Below are positions 1-10,137 of a stretch of 64,000 bases of DNA, one piece after another. Each line of letters starts with the position of its first letter. The first letter of the stretch is position 1. The translations under genes and the position numbers were made by a program. Source of the stretch: Candidatus Limnocylindrales bacterium (GTDB lineage Bacteria > Chloroflexota > Limnocylindria > Limnocylindrales > CSP1-4); contig JBMFSS010000005.1 in NCBI GenBank assembly GCA_049967415.1, positions 6,044-70,043 of the forward strand, written 5' to 3'. The notes beneath the pieces are model-generated. The model was not told the origin of the DNA. It searched no databases and saw only the letters and a list, made by a program, of their open reading frames with translations.

Positions 1-2
1 AG

Positions 3-494
3 GAGGCTCGTGCGGTTGTCCCCTCACTGGAGGATGGCCCGGCCGTGGAGCGGGCGGCGCGCGAGATGGCAGCTGCGCTGGGGGCCGACGGGCACCCGGT
101 GGAGCGCTTTTTCGTGCAGCGGCTGGTGCCCGACGGCGTGGAGATGCCGGTGGGCATGGTCCACGATCAGCTCTTCGGGCCAGTAGTCGCGTGTGCCGCC
201 GGAGGGACCGCCGCGGAGCTGCTGCGGGACGTGGCGGTCCGGATCACGCCCCTGACCGACCGCGATGCCGCCGAGATGGTCCGCTCTCTGGCCGCTTTCC
301 CGATGCTGGACGGCCATCGGGGCGCGCCCCGAGCCAACGTGGCCGCCCTGGAGCAGATCCTGCTGCGAGTGAGCGCGATGGTGGAGGCCCACCCTGAGCT
401 GGCAGAGATCGACTGCAACCCGCTCCTGGTGCAGGAACGTGGCGCCGTGGTGGTGGATGCACGCATCCGGATCGCGCTGCCGGAGCCTCACTGA
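3..494 (+). CDS. Acyl-CoA synthetase (NDP-forming)/acetate-CoA ligase family, C-terminal ATP-grasp domain (5' truncated by window edge)
   Basis: Frame open from base 3; motifs 'GMVHDQLFGPVV', 'LLRDVAVRITPL', 'EIDCNPLLV...VVDARI' are typical of this ATP-grasp domain. Confidence 0.85.
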   Translation, partial: EARAVVPSLEDGPAVERAAREMAAALGADGHPVERFFVQRLVPDGVEMPVGMVHDQLFGPVVACAAGGTAAELLRDVAVRITPLTDRDAAEMVRSLAAFPMLDGHRGAPRANVAALEQILLRVSAMVEAHPELAEIDCNPLLVQERGAVVVDARIRIALPEPH

Positions 495-662
495 GACGGC
501 CCGCCGAGGCTATCCTCTGCCGTGCCGCCTGGAACGGCAGAGGATGGGCTGGGCCGGCGCCGGACCGATCCGAGGCCGGAAGCGTGGCGGGCGCTCATGG
601 GCACCCTGGCGAACGCCGGCCGGACGTCCCGGCAGACAGCGCTGATCAACGAGGCTGAGCCG

Positions 663-3479
663 ATGCGACGCGCCGCCCCCCTGGGCTCGCTCCTTCTTGC
701 CGCGGCACTGGTGGTCCCGGCGCCCGGACCCCTGGCGCTCCTCCACGGGAGCGGCCCGGTCGCGGGTCCAGCGGTCGCAACGGCCACGGGACTGGGCACG
801 CCGAGCGAGGCATACCTGGAGTCCGTGGAGCATGCGCGCGACCACCTGTCGCTGGCGGCCCCGCGACCGGTCACGGTCGCGCTTCGGGCACGCACCTCGG
901 AGCGCTTCGTCATCGATGGGCGCCGCGCGGGGGCGTCACCCGTGCCTGCGCCGGCCACCGCGTCAGGGGGTGCGCGCCGGCCCGCGCAGGAGGCGACCTC
1001 ACCCTCGCCGACGCTCCTCGGGGCTCCCACTCCCTCGTCCGGGCAGGGCGGCAGCCCCGGGATGGCCGGCACCCCCGGGGCAGGCGGCAGCCCCGCGCCT
1101 TCCACCGGCGGCCCCGGGCGCGAGATCTACGGATTCCTCCCCTACTGGGAGCTCGGCGATCCCACCATGACCCTGGACTACTCGGTCCTCTCGACGATCG
1201 CGTACTTCGGCCTCACGGCCACCGCCAGCGGGACCCTGCAGCAGGCCGGCTCCGACGGCACGCCGGAGGCCGGCTGGACGGGCTGGCAGAGCGGAAACCT
1301 CACCTCGATCGTTGACGCCGCGCACGCCCAGGGCACGCGTGTGGCCCTCACCGTGGAGCGCTTCGCCTGGGATACCAGCGGAACCGCGGCCACGGTCTCG
1401 TTGCTGAGCAGTCCGGCCGCGCAGGCCACGTTGATTGGCCAGACCGTGGGCCAGGTGCTATCGCGCGGGGTGGACGGCGTGAACCTGGACTTCGAGCCGG
1501 TACCGGCGGGTCAGTCGGCGAACTTCGTCGCGTTCGTGCGGGCGCTGCGAGCCGCCCTGGACGTTGCCCGACCGGGGCTCGAGCTGGTGGTGGACGTGAC
1601 CTCCGACCTCGGCAACTACGACGTCCCGTCCCTCACCGCTCCCGGCGCGGCCGATGCGCTCTTCGTCATGGGCTACGACTACCGGGGGGCCGGCGCTGCC
1701 AGCGCAGGCTCAATCGACCCGCTGGTCTCGCAGACCTACTACACCGACCTGACCCGGGCGCTCGGCCGCTACCTGGCCCTGACCACCCCGGGGCACCTGC
1801 TCCTGGGCCTGCCCTACTACGGCCGTGCCTGGTCCACGGCCTCCAACACGCCCAACGCGCTCACGCTCCCGCAGAACGCCCAGAACGGCTACTCGGTGTC
1901 GGCGCCGTACGACGTGGCGGCGGGACTCGCGGAGGCCAACGGGCGCCAGTGGGACCCGACCGAATCCTCGGCCTGGACGGCCTACCAGAAGCAGAACTGC
2001 GACACGTGCCCCAGCGTCTGGCGGGAGCTCTACTACGACGACGCCCAGTCGCTCGCCGCCCGGTACCAGCTGGTGCTGGCCGACAACCTGCGCGGCGCCG
2101 GCATCTGGGCGCTCGGCTACGACGGCACGCGGCCCGAACTCACCGCCCTGCTGCACCAGGTCTTCGGCACGGCGGCGCCGCTGCCTCCCACGGGCGCCCT
2201 CACTGTGACGACCGGGGCCCCGCCGGGCAACCCGCCCAACGCCTTCTCGCCCAACGGAGACGGCGTGGCTGACACGGCCAGCCTCTCCTGGTGGGTCTCC
2301 GAGCCGATGACGGGAACACTGGCCGTCCGGTCGGGAACGAAGACTGTCTGGAGTACGCCGGTGACGGCCTCGTCGGGAAGCGTGGCCTGGAATGGGACAG
2401 GAGCGAACGGGACCCCGGTGGCCGACGGCACCTACACGGTGGCGCTGTCGGTGCAGGACACGCACGGCAACACCGTCACCCAGAGCGCGAGCGTGATCGT
2501 CAACCGGGTGCTGGGCTTTCTCGCCGCGAGCCCCAATCGCTTCCATCCGCAGGACGCCCACGGCCACGCGCGCACCACCACGATCTCCTACCGAGTCACG
2601 AGCGCCGCCAGCACCACGCTCCGCATCCTGGACTCTTCGGGGGCCGTGGTGAAGACGGCCTGGTATGCGCGCCGAACGCCGGCGGGCCGGTACGCGTGGA
2701 TCTGGGACGGGCGGGACGCGGCGGGTTCCATGGTGCCGCAGGGCGACTACACCATCCAGGTGGTGGCTTCCGGAACGGCCGGCCGAGCCTTCCTGGTGCG
2801 CCCGCTCACGGTGGCCGCGTACATGGTGCGAACCGCCGTCACCAGCGGACCGGCGGGCGCCACCCTGGTGGTGAACGCCTGGGCATCCGAACCGATGCGG
2901 GGCGCGCCGTCGATCACGCTGAGCGTTGCCGGGCAGCGCCTGGCAGGCCTGGTCACGGTCGCGGGCACGGGCCACTACATGGCCACCTTCAGCGGTCCCG
3001 ACCTGGTGGGCCCCGGCACGGTCACGATCTCGGGCGTCGACGCGGGCGGGCGGGGGAACCGGTACAGCGTCGCGGTCTCGTTCCCCGGCTCGCTGCCGCC
3101 TCCGGTCGCACCGGGCGTCCCGCCCACCCCATCGGCGCCCATCGGCCCAACCCCGTCCGCCGCTCCAACCCCGCCGCCGTCGCCGTCGCCGTCGCCGTCG
3201 CCATCGGCCGGAGCGTCGACCGGCGGATACCCGTTCACCATCACGGCCATGTGCCCTTCGATCCGGCTGCGCACGGGCCCCGACACCACCGCCCCCGTCG
3301 CGATCACCCTCGACACGGGCGCAGTCGCCACGGCCGGAGCGGCGGTGACCGGGAGCACGTACACCTCCGCCTGCTTCCAGCTGGGCACCTACCAGTCGTG
3401 GTACCTGGTCACGGCGGTCAATGGGCAGCCACTGGCCTCGCCCCTCTACGCGGCCACGGCGTTCTGGAGCCGGCCCTGA
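663..3479 (+). CDS. Secreted glycoside hydrolase family 18 protein with two FlgD-like Ig domains, Pro/Ser linker and C-terminal SH3-like domain
   Basis: Signal-peptide-like MRRAAPLGSLLLAAALVV from ATG 663; GH18 motifs 'DGVNLDFE', 'MGYDY', 'LLLGLPYYG', 'GAGIWALGYD'; 'FSPNGDG' and 'WDGRDAAG..VPQGDY' Ig repeats. Confidence 0.85.
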   Translation: MRRAAPLGSLLLAAALVVPAPGPLALLHGSGPVAGPAVATATGLGTPSEAYLESVEHARDHLSLAAPRPVTVALRARTSERFVIDGRRAGASPVPAPATASGGARRPAQEATSPSPTLLGAPTPSSGQGGSPGMAGTPGAGGSPAPSTGGPGREIYGFLPYWELGDPTMTLDYSVLSTIAYFGLTATASGTLQQAGSDGTPEAGWTGWQSGNLTSIVDAAHAQGTRVALTVERFAWDTSGTAATVSLLSSPAAQATLIGQTVGQVLSRGVDGVNLDFEPVPAGQSANFVAFVRALRAALDVARPGLELVVDVTSDLGNYDVPSLTAPGAADALFVMGYDYRGAGAASAGSIDPLVSQTYYTDLTRALGRYLALTTPGHLLLGLPYYGRAWSTASNTPNALTLPQNAQNGYSVSAPYDVAAGLAEANGRQWDPTESSAWTAYQKQNCDTCPSVWRELYYDDAQSLAARYQLVLADNLRGAGIWALGYDGTRPELTALLHQVFGTAAPLPPTGALTVTTGAPPGNPPNAFSPNGDGVADTASLSWWVSEPMTGTLAVRSGTKTVWSTPVTASSGSVAWNGTGANGTPVADGTYTVALSVQDTHGNTVTQSASVIVNRVLGFLAASPNRFHPQDAHGHARTTTISYRVTSAASTTLRILDSSGAVVKTAWYARRTPAGRYAWIWDGRDAAGSMVPQGDYTIQVVASGTAGRAFLVRPLTVAAYMVRTAVTSGPAGATLVVNAWASEPMRGAPSITLSVAGQRLAGLVTVAGTGHYMATFSGPDLVGPGTVTISGVDAGGRGNRYSVAVSFPGSLPPPVAPGVPPTPSAPIGPTPSAAPTPPPSPSPSPSPSAGASTGGYPFTITAMCPSIRLRTGPDTTAPVAITLDTGAVATAGAAVTGSTYTSACFQLGTYQSWYLVTAVNGQPLASPLYAATAFWSRP

Positions 3480-3534
3480 GGCCCGCGCGGCAGGCGCGCC
3501 GCAGGCCAGGGCGTGGCTCGGCGCAGCGCTCCGC

Positions 3535-4485
3535 TCAGGGAGCGTCGCGGAAGCGGTCAGTGGCGCTCACCAGGCGATCGATGGTCGGCACCTCCATGGC
3601 CGAGTGCCCGGCTTCGGGAACCACCTGGAAGTCGGCCTCGGGCCAGCGTCGGTGGAGGTCCCAGGCCGTCGTGATCGGGCAGACCACGTCGTAGCGGCCC
3701 TGCACGATCACCGCCGGAATGGCCCGGATCCGATCAACGCCATCGAGCAGCTCGCCGGGGGCGCGGAAGAAGCCGTCGTTCACGAAGTAGTGGCACTCGA
3801 TCCGGGCGAAGGCGTCGGCCGTTTCCTCTCCCGTGAAGCGCTCGATCAGCTGGGGATCCGGGCGCAGCTTGCTGGTGCTCGCCTCCCAGCGGCTCCAGGC
3901 GCGCGCCGCCTCCGCACGGGCCACGGGGTCGTCACCGGTGAGCCGCCGGTGATAGGCATGCACCAGGTCTCCGCGTTCCCCGGGCGGGATCGGGGCAAGA
4001 AAGTCGTCCCAGGCGTCCGGAAACAGGTAACTCGCGCCCTCCTGGTAGAACCAGTGGATCTCGTGGGGCCGCAGCAGGAAGATCCCCCGCAGGACGAGTG
4101 CCCGGACCGCGCGGGGATGGGTCTCCGCGTAGGCGAGCGCGAGGGTGCTGCCCCAGGAGCCGCCGAACACCACCCACCGCTCGATCCGGAGCGCGGCGCG
4201 GAGCCGTTCCATATCCGCCACGAGGTCCCAGGTGGTGTTCTCCTCCAGGCTGGCGCGGGGCGTGCTCCGGCCGGAACCGCGCTGGTCGAACAGCACGATC
4301 CGGTAGGCGGCTGGATCGAAAAAGCGGCGATCGTCCGGGCCGGTGCCTCCCCCGGGGCCGCCGTGCACGAACACGACCGGGGTGCCCTCCGGGTTGCCGC
4401 TCTCCTCCCAGTAAACCTCGTGCAGGGCCGAAACGCGAAGTCGGCCGGTCCGAAACGGCTCGATGGCTGGATACAGTTCGCGCAC
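3535..4485 (-). CDS. pip: Proline iminopeptidase (prolyl aminopeptidase, S33)
   Basis: 'HGGPGGG', 'FDQRGSGRS', nucleophile 'GGSWGS', 'QGRYD', 'AGHS'; GTG start at 4485 with GGAGG SD. Confidence 0.95.
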   Translation of the reverse strand: MRELYPAIEPFRTGRLRVSALHEVYWEESGNPEGTPVVFVHGGPGGGTGPDDRRFFDPAAYRIVLFDQRGSGRSTPRASLEENTTWDLVADMERLRAALRIERWVVFGGSWGSTLALAYAETHPRAVRALVLRGIFLLRPHEIHWFYQEGASYLFPDAWDDFLAPIPPGERGDLVHAYHRRLTGDDPVARAEAARAWSRWEASTSKLRPDPQLIERFTGEETADAFARIECHYFVNDGFFRAPGELLDGVDRIRAIPAVIVQGRYDVVCPITTAWDLHRRWPEADFQVVPEAGHSAMEVPTIDRLVSATDRFRDAP

Positions 4486-4745
4486 GCGACCTCCCGCCGC
4501 AAGGCACCCGACAGGGCCGAGCACGGCTGAACGCGCGCGCTCCAGGGACGATGGTAGACGGTCGGGCGACCATCGGCGGAGCGGTTGGCGCAGCCGCAGG
4601 CACGAGCGGAGACGCGTCAACCGGCGATCCCGGGAGAGCGAGCAGCAAGACCGGCTGCAAGGCGCCCGGAGGCCCAACCGAGGCATCATATAGGGCATCG
4701 GGGCGCTTGCGGGGCGGGCCGGGAGCAGTGGAGGCGCGACGGGAA

Positions 4746-7109
4746 ATGGCGGGGGTGGGCGTGAGCGAATCGCCGTCGACGCCCAGCGCGGCTGCTGCCC
4801 GGCCCCCCGCGGTGGTGCCGGTGGAACGTGCCGGAGGCGGGCTCCCGGCTGCCCCACGCGCGCCCTCGCGTGACGCCCGACTGCCGGGTCTGGACGGGCT
4901 GCGCGCCATCGCGGTACTGGCCGTGATTGCCTACCACGCCGATCTGGGCTGGGTCCCCGGGGGCTTCCTGGGCGTTGACGTCTTCTTCGTGATCAGCGGC
5001 TTCCTGATCACCACGCTCCTCCTGGCCGAGCGCGAGCGCCTGGGTCACATTGACCTGCGAGGCTTCTGGCTGCGCCGGGCCAGGCGCCTGCTCCCGGCCC
5101 TCTTCCTGCTGCTTGCGACGACGCTCACGCTCTGCGTCCTCCTGGCGCCGGACGAGCTCGCGCAGGTGCGCGGCGACACGCTGGCCGCCCTCGTGTACGT
5201 CACCAACTGGTACCTGGTCTTCCGGCAGCAGTCGTATTTCGAGCTCATGGGGCGTCCCTCGCCCTTGCTGCACCTGTGGTCGCTGGCGGTGGAGGAGCAG
5301 TTCTACCTGGTCTGGCCCCTGGTGCTGACCGCCGGGCTCGTGCTCCTGCGCCGGCGGGGAATGCTGGTCCTGAGCGTGGCAGGCGCCATCGGATCCGCGA
5401 TCTGGATGGCGTACCTCTACCTTCCCGGCGCCGATCCCTCGCGCGTCTACTACGGCACCGACACCCATGCCACGGGGCTGCTGCTCGGGGCGGCGCTCGC
5501 CCTGGCGTGGACGCCACGGGCGACGCAGCGGGCCGAGGCAGGGCCGGCGGGAAATTCGCTGCTGGGCGGACTGGCGCCGTGGCCCGTGGACCCGGCCTGG
5601 CCTCCCGCCCGCGCTCGCACCACCGGCGACCGGACCGGCAACCCGCGCGCGTTCTGGACGCGGCAGCCGTTCCGGGCCCGGGGATGGCACCGGTCCGGCC
5701 TGGGGCGCTGGGAAGTGCTGGGGGCGGCAGCCCTGGTCGCGATCGGCGCCTGCCTGCTGCAGTTCGACGAGGGCGAGCCGTTCCTGTACCGGGGCGGCTT
5801 CGTGGTGCTGGACCTCGCCGTCCTGGCCGTGATCGTGGCCGCGGTGCACCCGGGCAGCCGTCTTGGCACCCAGCTGCTCGATCGGCAGCCGCTGCGCTGG
5901 ATCGGCGAGCGCTCGTACGGGATCTACCTCTGGCACTGGCCGATCTTCACGCTCACCCGGCCGGGACTGGACCTGCCGCTGGCGGCGCTGCCGGATCTCG
6001 CGCTGCGCCTGGTACTCACCTTCGGAGCGGCCGAGGTCTCGTACCGCTTCGTCGAGACCCCCATCCGGCACGGGGCTCTGGGGCGCGCCTGGGCCGCCTG
6101 GCGCGCGGCGCCCCGCACGGCGCGCCTGTCCACGTTCCGGTTACCGATCGCCACGGGCGGAGCGCTCCTGGTGGTGGGCCTGCTGGTCGGCGCCCGCGTC
6201 GCGGGTGCGACGCCGCCCCCGGTGCCGCCCTACCTGGCCCAGGCAGCCGTGGACGTTGGCGGACCGAGCGTCGCGGGCGCGTCGCCCGGTTTCCCCGGCT
6301 CGCCCGTAGCCAGCCCGCCCGCGACGGCGGCTGTCGGCCCGGCACAGAGTGCCGGCGCGGCCTCGCCGAGCCCCGAGGGGACCACGTCCCAACTTCCGGG
6401 GCCGGGCGCCAGCAGCGTCCCGAGCCCCACGGGCCCAGGGGCAAGCCCCGCAGCGCCTGCCAGGACCCCGGCCCCCACGGCCCGCCCGAAGCTGCCGACT
6501 GTCCTGGCCGTCGGCGACTCGGTCATGCTGGGCGCGGTCTCCCAGCTGCGCCAGGCGATCCACGGGATCGAGGTGGATGCTGCAGTCGGGCGCCCCTTCC
6601 AGGCGGGGATCCAGCTGATCACGGCACGACGCGCCCAGGGCCTCCTGCCGGCCACGGTGGTGGTGGCCCTGGGGGACAACGGGTGGATCACCCCGCAGCA
6701 GATGGACCAGCTCGTGCAGGCGCTGGGCCCGCGGACATCGCTGCTCCTGGTGAACCTGAAGGAGCCGCGGAGCTGGGAGGGGCATGACAACGCGGTGCTG
6801 GCCGACGCGGCGCGCCGGTATCCCAACGTCAGCATCGTCGACTGGCACGATGCCAGCGAGACGCATCCCGAGTACTTCTGGGACGACGGGATCCATCTGC
6901 GCCCGCTCGGCGCCACAGCGTACGCGCACCTGCTCGCCTCGGCGGTCGCCCGTGCGACGGCCCCGGCGCCCAGCCCGTCACCCATGCCGTCCGGAACGAG
7001 CCAGGCAGCACCGCTGGCCGTGCCTGCGGCGTCCGCTGCCGCGAGCGGTCGACCCGCGGCAACCGGGCCGCTGGCCGTCGCGTCGTCCAGCGCGACGGCC
7101 AGCCCCTGA
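4746..7109 (+). CDS. Acyltransferase-3 family protein with C-terminal SGNH domain (OatA/OafA-like O-acetyltransferase)
   Basis: 'LDGLRAIAV', 'GVDVFFVISGFLIT', 'HLWSLAVEEQFY', 'SYGIYLWHWP'; SGNH 'GDSVM' and 'DGIHL'. Confidence 0.9.
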   Translation: MAGVGVSESPSTPSAAAARPPAVVPVERAGGGLPAAPRAPSRDARLPGLDGLRAIAVLAVIAYHADLGWVPGGFLGVDVFFVISGFLITTLLLAERERLGHIDLRGFWLRRARRLLPALFLLLATTLTLCVLLAPDELAQVRGDTLAALVYVTNWYLVFRQQSYFELMGRPSPLLHLWSLAVEEQFYLVWPLVLTAGLVLLRRRGMLVLSVAGAIGSAIWMAYLYLPGADPSRVYYGTDTHATGLLLGAALALAWTPRATQRAEAGPAGNSLLGGLAPWPVDPAWPPARARTTGDRTGNPRAFWTRQPFRARGWHRSGLGRWEVLGAAALVAIGACLLQFDEGEPFLYRGGFVVLDLAVLAVIVAAVHPGSRLGTQLLDRQPLRWIGERSYGIYLWHWPIFTLTRPGLDLPLAALPDLALRLVLTFGAAEVSYRFVETPIRHGALGRAWAAWRAAPRTARLSTFRLPIATGGALLVVGLLVGARVAGATPPPVPPYLAQAAVDVGGPSVAGASPGFPGSPVASPPATAAVGPAQSAGAASPSPEGTTSQLPGPGASSVPSPTGPGASPAAPARTPAPTARPKLPTVLAVGDSVMLGAVSQLRQAIHGIEVDAAVGRPFQAGIQLITARRAQGLLPATVVVALGDNGWITPQQMDQLVQALGPRTSLLLVNLKEPRSWEGHDNAVLADAARRYPNVSIVDWHDASETHPEYFWDDGIHLRPLGATAYAHLLASAVARATAPAPSPSPMPSGTSQAAPLAVPAASAAASGRPAATGPLAVASSSATASP

Positions 7110-7115
7110 GCACGC

Positions 7116-7586
7116 TCAGGAACCCCGCAGCGCGGTCTCCAGCCGATCGATGAAGACCACCTGGGCCGCCTTGAGCCGGACGCGAGCGTCGTCGAGGGCG
7201 AACCATTCCACTCGGTCCACCTCCGGGAAAGCCTGCGTCTGACCGGAGCCGGGCGGCCATTCGAGGTCGAACGTGTTGCTGTGCGCCGCGGCCGTGGCAA
7301 GGTCTCCCTCGGCCGCCCAGGCGCTCACGACCTTGCCGCCCTTCTGCCGCGTCGAGCCGAGCGGGATCAACGGGGCACTCGGAGCGGGCGCGCCGGTCTC
7401 CTCCTCGAACTCGCGTCGCGCGGCGGCCTCGGGCACCTCCCCCTCGGACGGCTCGCCCTTCGGGATCGACCAGTTCCCGAGATCCCTGCGGGCATGGAAC
7501 GGCCCCCCGGGGTGCGCCAGCAGCACCTCGAGCGCCCCCGCGCGCCGCCGGAACAGAAGGATCCCCGAGCTCGTCCTCTCGCTCAC
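7116..7586 (-). CDS. NUDIX hydrolase
   Basis: 'HPGGPF...WSIPKGE...AARREFEEETG' Nudix box, 'FPEVDRVEWF'; GTG 7586 lies 6 nt after TACGCT. Confidence 0.9.
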   Translation of the reverse strand: MSERTSSGILLFRRRAGALEVLLAHPGGPFHARRDLGNWSIPKGEPSEGEVPEAAARREFEEETGAPAPSAPLIPLGSTRQKGGKVVSAWAAEGDLATAAAHSNTFDLEWPPGSGQTQAFPEVDRVEWFALDDARVRLKAAQVVFIDRLETALRGS

Positions 7587-7671
7587 CGGTCCAGCGTACC
7601 GCGCGGGGACCTCGCCCGGGCTCGACCTTTCGCCCGAGCCGAACCTGGCCCTGCGGTGGCACCATTCGGCC

Positions 7672-8370
7672 ATGGCCCAGCACCTGCCTCGCGATCGACG
7701 GCGGCCCGAGCTGGTCCTGTTCGACAACGACGGGGTCCTGGTGGACAGCGAGGGGGTTTCCAGCCGGACCCTGGCCGCGGTGCTGGGCGCGTTCGGCGTC
7801 CCCACCACGGCCGAGGCCTGCCATCGAGACTTCACGGGCGGCACCGTGGCGCTGGTCCGGGCCGTCGTCGAGGGACGCACCGGCAGGCCGCTCCCCGCCA
7901 CCTTCGAGACGATCTACGCAGAGCGCCTGGCGGCGGCATTTGCGCGCGAGCTGCGGGCCAGCCCCGGCGTCCCGGCACTGCTGGATCGCCTCGAGGCGCT
8001 GGGGGTCCCGTACTGCGTCGCGTCCAACGGCTCGCGGGCCCGGATCGAGACCTCCCTCCGGGCAACCCAGCTGCTCGATCGGTTCGCGGGCCGAATCTTC
8101 AGTGCGGAGCAGGTGGCGCATCCGAAGCCCGCCCCGGACCTCTTTCTCCACGCCGCGCAGGTGCTGGGCGCGGCGCCCGGGCGCTCCCTGGTGGTGGAGG
8201 ACACGCCGCCCGGGATCGCCGCCGGGCACGCGGCCGGCATGCGAGTCTGGGCTCCCGCCACCACCTATCCGGCCGACGCGCTGCGCGAGGCGGATCGCGT
8301 TTCGCCTTCCATGCGGGACCTCGCCCGGGATCTCAGCGCCGAGCTGACGGCCGGCAGAGGGTTACCATGA
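7672..8370 (+). CDS. HAD-IA family hydrolase (phosphatase)
   Basis: 'FDNDGVLVDSE', 'VASN', 'KPAPDLF', 'VVEDTPPG'. Confidence 0.9.
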   Translation: MAQHLPRDRRRPELVLFDNDGVLVDSEGVSSRTLAAVLGAFGVPTTAEACHRDFTGGTVALVRAVVEGRTGRPLPATFETIYAERLAAAFARELRASPGVPALLDRLEALGVPYCVASNGSRARIETSLRATQLLDRFAGRIFSAEQVAHPKPAPDLFLHAAQVLGAAPGRSLVVEDTPPGIAAGHAAGMRVWAPATTYPADALREADRVSPSMRDLARDLSAELTAGRGLP

Positions 8371-10076
8371 CCCACATGGAGCCATCGCAGTCGATGATCG
8401 AGTTGATTCGCGCATCCGTGATCGGGGATGACGAGGCCGTCGCCGGGCCCTTCGGGCTGCGCCGCGTGGTCTACGCCGACTACACCGCGTCGGGACGGTC
8501 GCTGTCGTTCATCGAGGACTACATCCGCGACGCGGTCCTCCCGCTGTATGCCAACACCCACTCCGAGTCGTCGGGGACCGGGCTGCAGACCACCCGGTTC
8601 CGGGAGGAAGCGCGACGGCTGATCCGCGACGCGGTGGGCGGCAGCGACGAGCACGCGGTGGTCTTCTGCGGCTCGGGGTCCACCGGCGCGATCAACCATC
8701 TGGTCGACGTGCTCAACCTGCGGCTGCCGGCCGACCTGGACGATCGATATCACCTGCGCGACCGGATTCCCCCCGAGGAGCGGCCGGTGGTCCTGATCGG
8801 CCCCTACGAACACCACTCCAACGACCTACCCTGGCGGGAGTCGATCGTGGAGCTGGTGACGGTCCCCGAGGATCACAACGGACAGGTCGACCTGGCCGAG
8901 TTGGAGCGCGCGCTGCAGGCCCATGCGGGCCGCCCCCTGGTGATCGGCAGTTTCTCGGCCGCCTCCAACGTGACCGGGATCGTCTCCGATGCGCGCGCGA
9001 TCGCGATCCTGCTGCACCGCTACGGGGCCCTCTCGTTCTGGGACTATGCGGCCGCCGCGCCGTACGTCGAGATTCGGATGGGGGGTGACGACGGCCCGGA
9101 CGGGCAGCTCGCCTACAAGGACGCCATCTTCATCTCCGCCCACAAGTTCATCGGCGGACCCGGGACGCCCGGAATCCTGGTCGCGCGCCGGGAACTCTTT
9201 CGCAACCGCGTTCCAGTCATCCCCGGCGGCGGCACCGTGGAGTTCGTCAACCAGGAAGAGCAGCGCTACCTGCCCGACATCGAGCGGCGCGAGGAGGGCG
9301 GGACTCCGGCCATCGTGGAGTCAATCCGGGCCGGCCTGGTCTTCGGGGTCAAGGAAGCCGTGGGGACGGAGGTGATCCGGGAGCGGGAGACCTCGTTCAT
9401 CCAGCGCGCGATCGCGCGCTGGGAGCGCAACCCCGCAATCCAGATCCTGGGGAGCCGCGACGCCGAACGACTCTCCATCGTCTCCTTCGTGGTCCGCCAC
9501 GAGGACCGGCACCTGCACCACAACTTCGTGGTGGCGCTCCTCAATGACCTCTTCGGGATCCAGGCACGCGGCGGGTGCTCCTGTGCCGGGCCCTACGGGC
9601 ACCGGCTGCTGGGGATCGACCTCGAGCGCTCCCGGGAGTTCGAGCGCGAGGTGGCCCGCAGCGGCGAGGGGATCAAGCCCGGCTGGGCGCGGGTGAACTT
9701 CAACTACTTCCTCAGCGAGACGGTCTTCCAGTACATCCTCGATGCGGTGGACCTGGTGGCAAGCGAGGGGTGGCGGCTCCTGCCGCTCTACGACTTCGAG
9801 CCCGCCAGCGGGCTCTGGCGCCACGTGGACGGCCTGGCCGAGCCGCCCGTGAGCCTCCACGACATCCGCTACGAGGACGGCCGCTTCACCTACCGCGCGC
9901 ACCGCCATCGCGAGCCGGAGTCCCGGCTGACCGACTACCTGGAAGCGGCGCGCGCCATCCTGGCCGATCCGCCGGTCCCCTCGCGGCCGGCCCGCTGGAT
10001 CGAGCAGGGTTCGGAGTTCGAGGCGCTGCGCTGGTTCCCGCTGCCGAACGAGGTCACGGCCCAGACGGCCGGCTGA
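8367..10076 (+). CDS. Aminotransferase class V / cysteine desulfurase-like PLP enzyme
   Basis: 'YADYTASGR', 'EHHSN', 'SAASNVTG', PLP-Lys 'SAHKFIGGPG', 'RGGCSCAGPYG'; ATGA overlap with the HAD stop. Confidence 0.9.
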   Translation: MTHMEPSQSMIELIRASVIGDDEAVAGPFGLRRVVYADYTASGRSLSFIEDYIRDAVLPLYANTHSESSGTGLQTTRFREEARRLIRDAVGGSDEHAVVFCGSGSTGAINHLVDVLNLRLPADLDDRYHLRDRIPPEERPVVLIGPYEHHSNDLPWRESIVELVTVPEDHNGQVDLAELERALQAHAGRPLVIGSFSAASNVTGIVSDARAIAILLHRYGALSFWDYAAAAPYVEIRMGGDDGPDGQLAYKDAIFISAHKFIGGPGTPGILVARRELFRNRVPVIPGGGTVEFVNQEEQRYLPDIERREEGGTPAIVESIRAGLVFGVKEAVGTEVIRERETSFIQRAIARWERNPAIQILGSRDAERLSIVSFVVRHEDRHLHHNFVVALLNDLFGIQARGGCSCAGPYGHRLLGIDLERSREFEREVARSGEGIKPGWARVNFNYFLSETVFQYILDAVDLVASEGWRLLPLYDFEPASGLWRHVDGLAEPPVSLHDIRYEDGRFTYRAHRHREPESRLTDYLEAARAILADPPVPSRPARWIEQGSEFEALRWFPLPNEVTAQTAG

Positions 10077-10137
10077 CGGCCGGGCTCCCGACCCACCGAG
10101 CCGCTGGCCGGGCCGCCCTCTGGCCGCGCGGCGTCCC

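Noticed and set aside
3171-3206. (CCGTCG)n hexamer repeat
   Set aside because: Encodes an ordinary Pro-Ser linker in the GH18 protein
4098-4745. Long N-terminal extensions in the ORF track (acyltransferase, PLP enzyme 7281, ppdK 30032, hemC 16079, hemA 17179, tsaE 48984)
   Set aside because: They overlap neighbouring real genes and are low-complexity; downstream starts have SD, -10 or stop/start-overlap support
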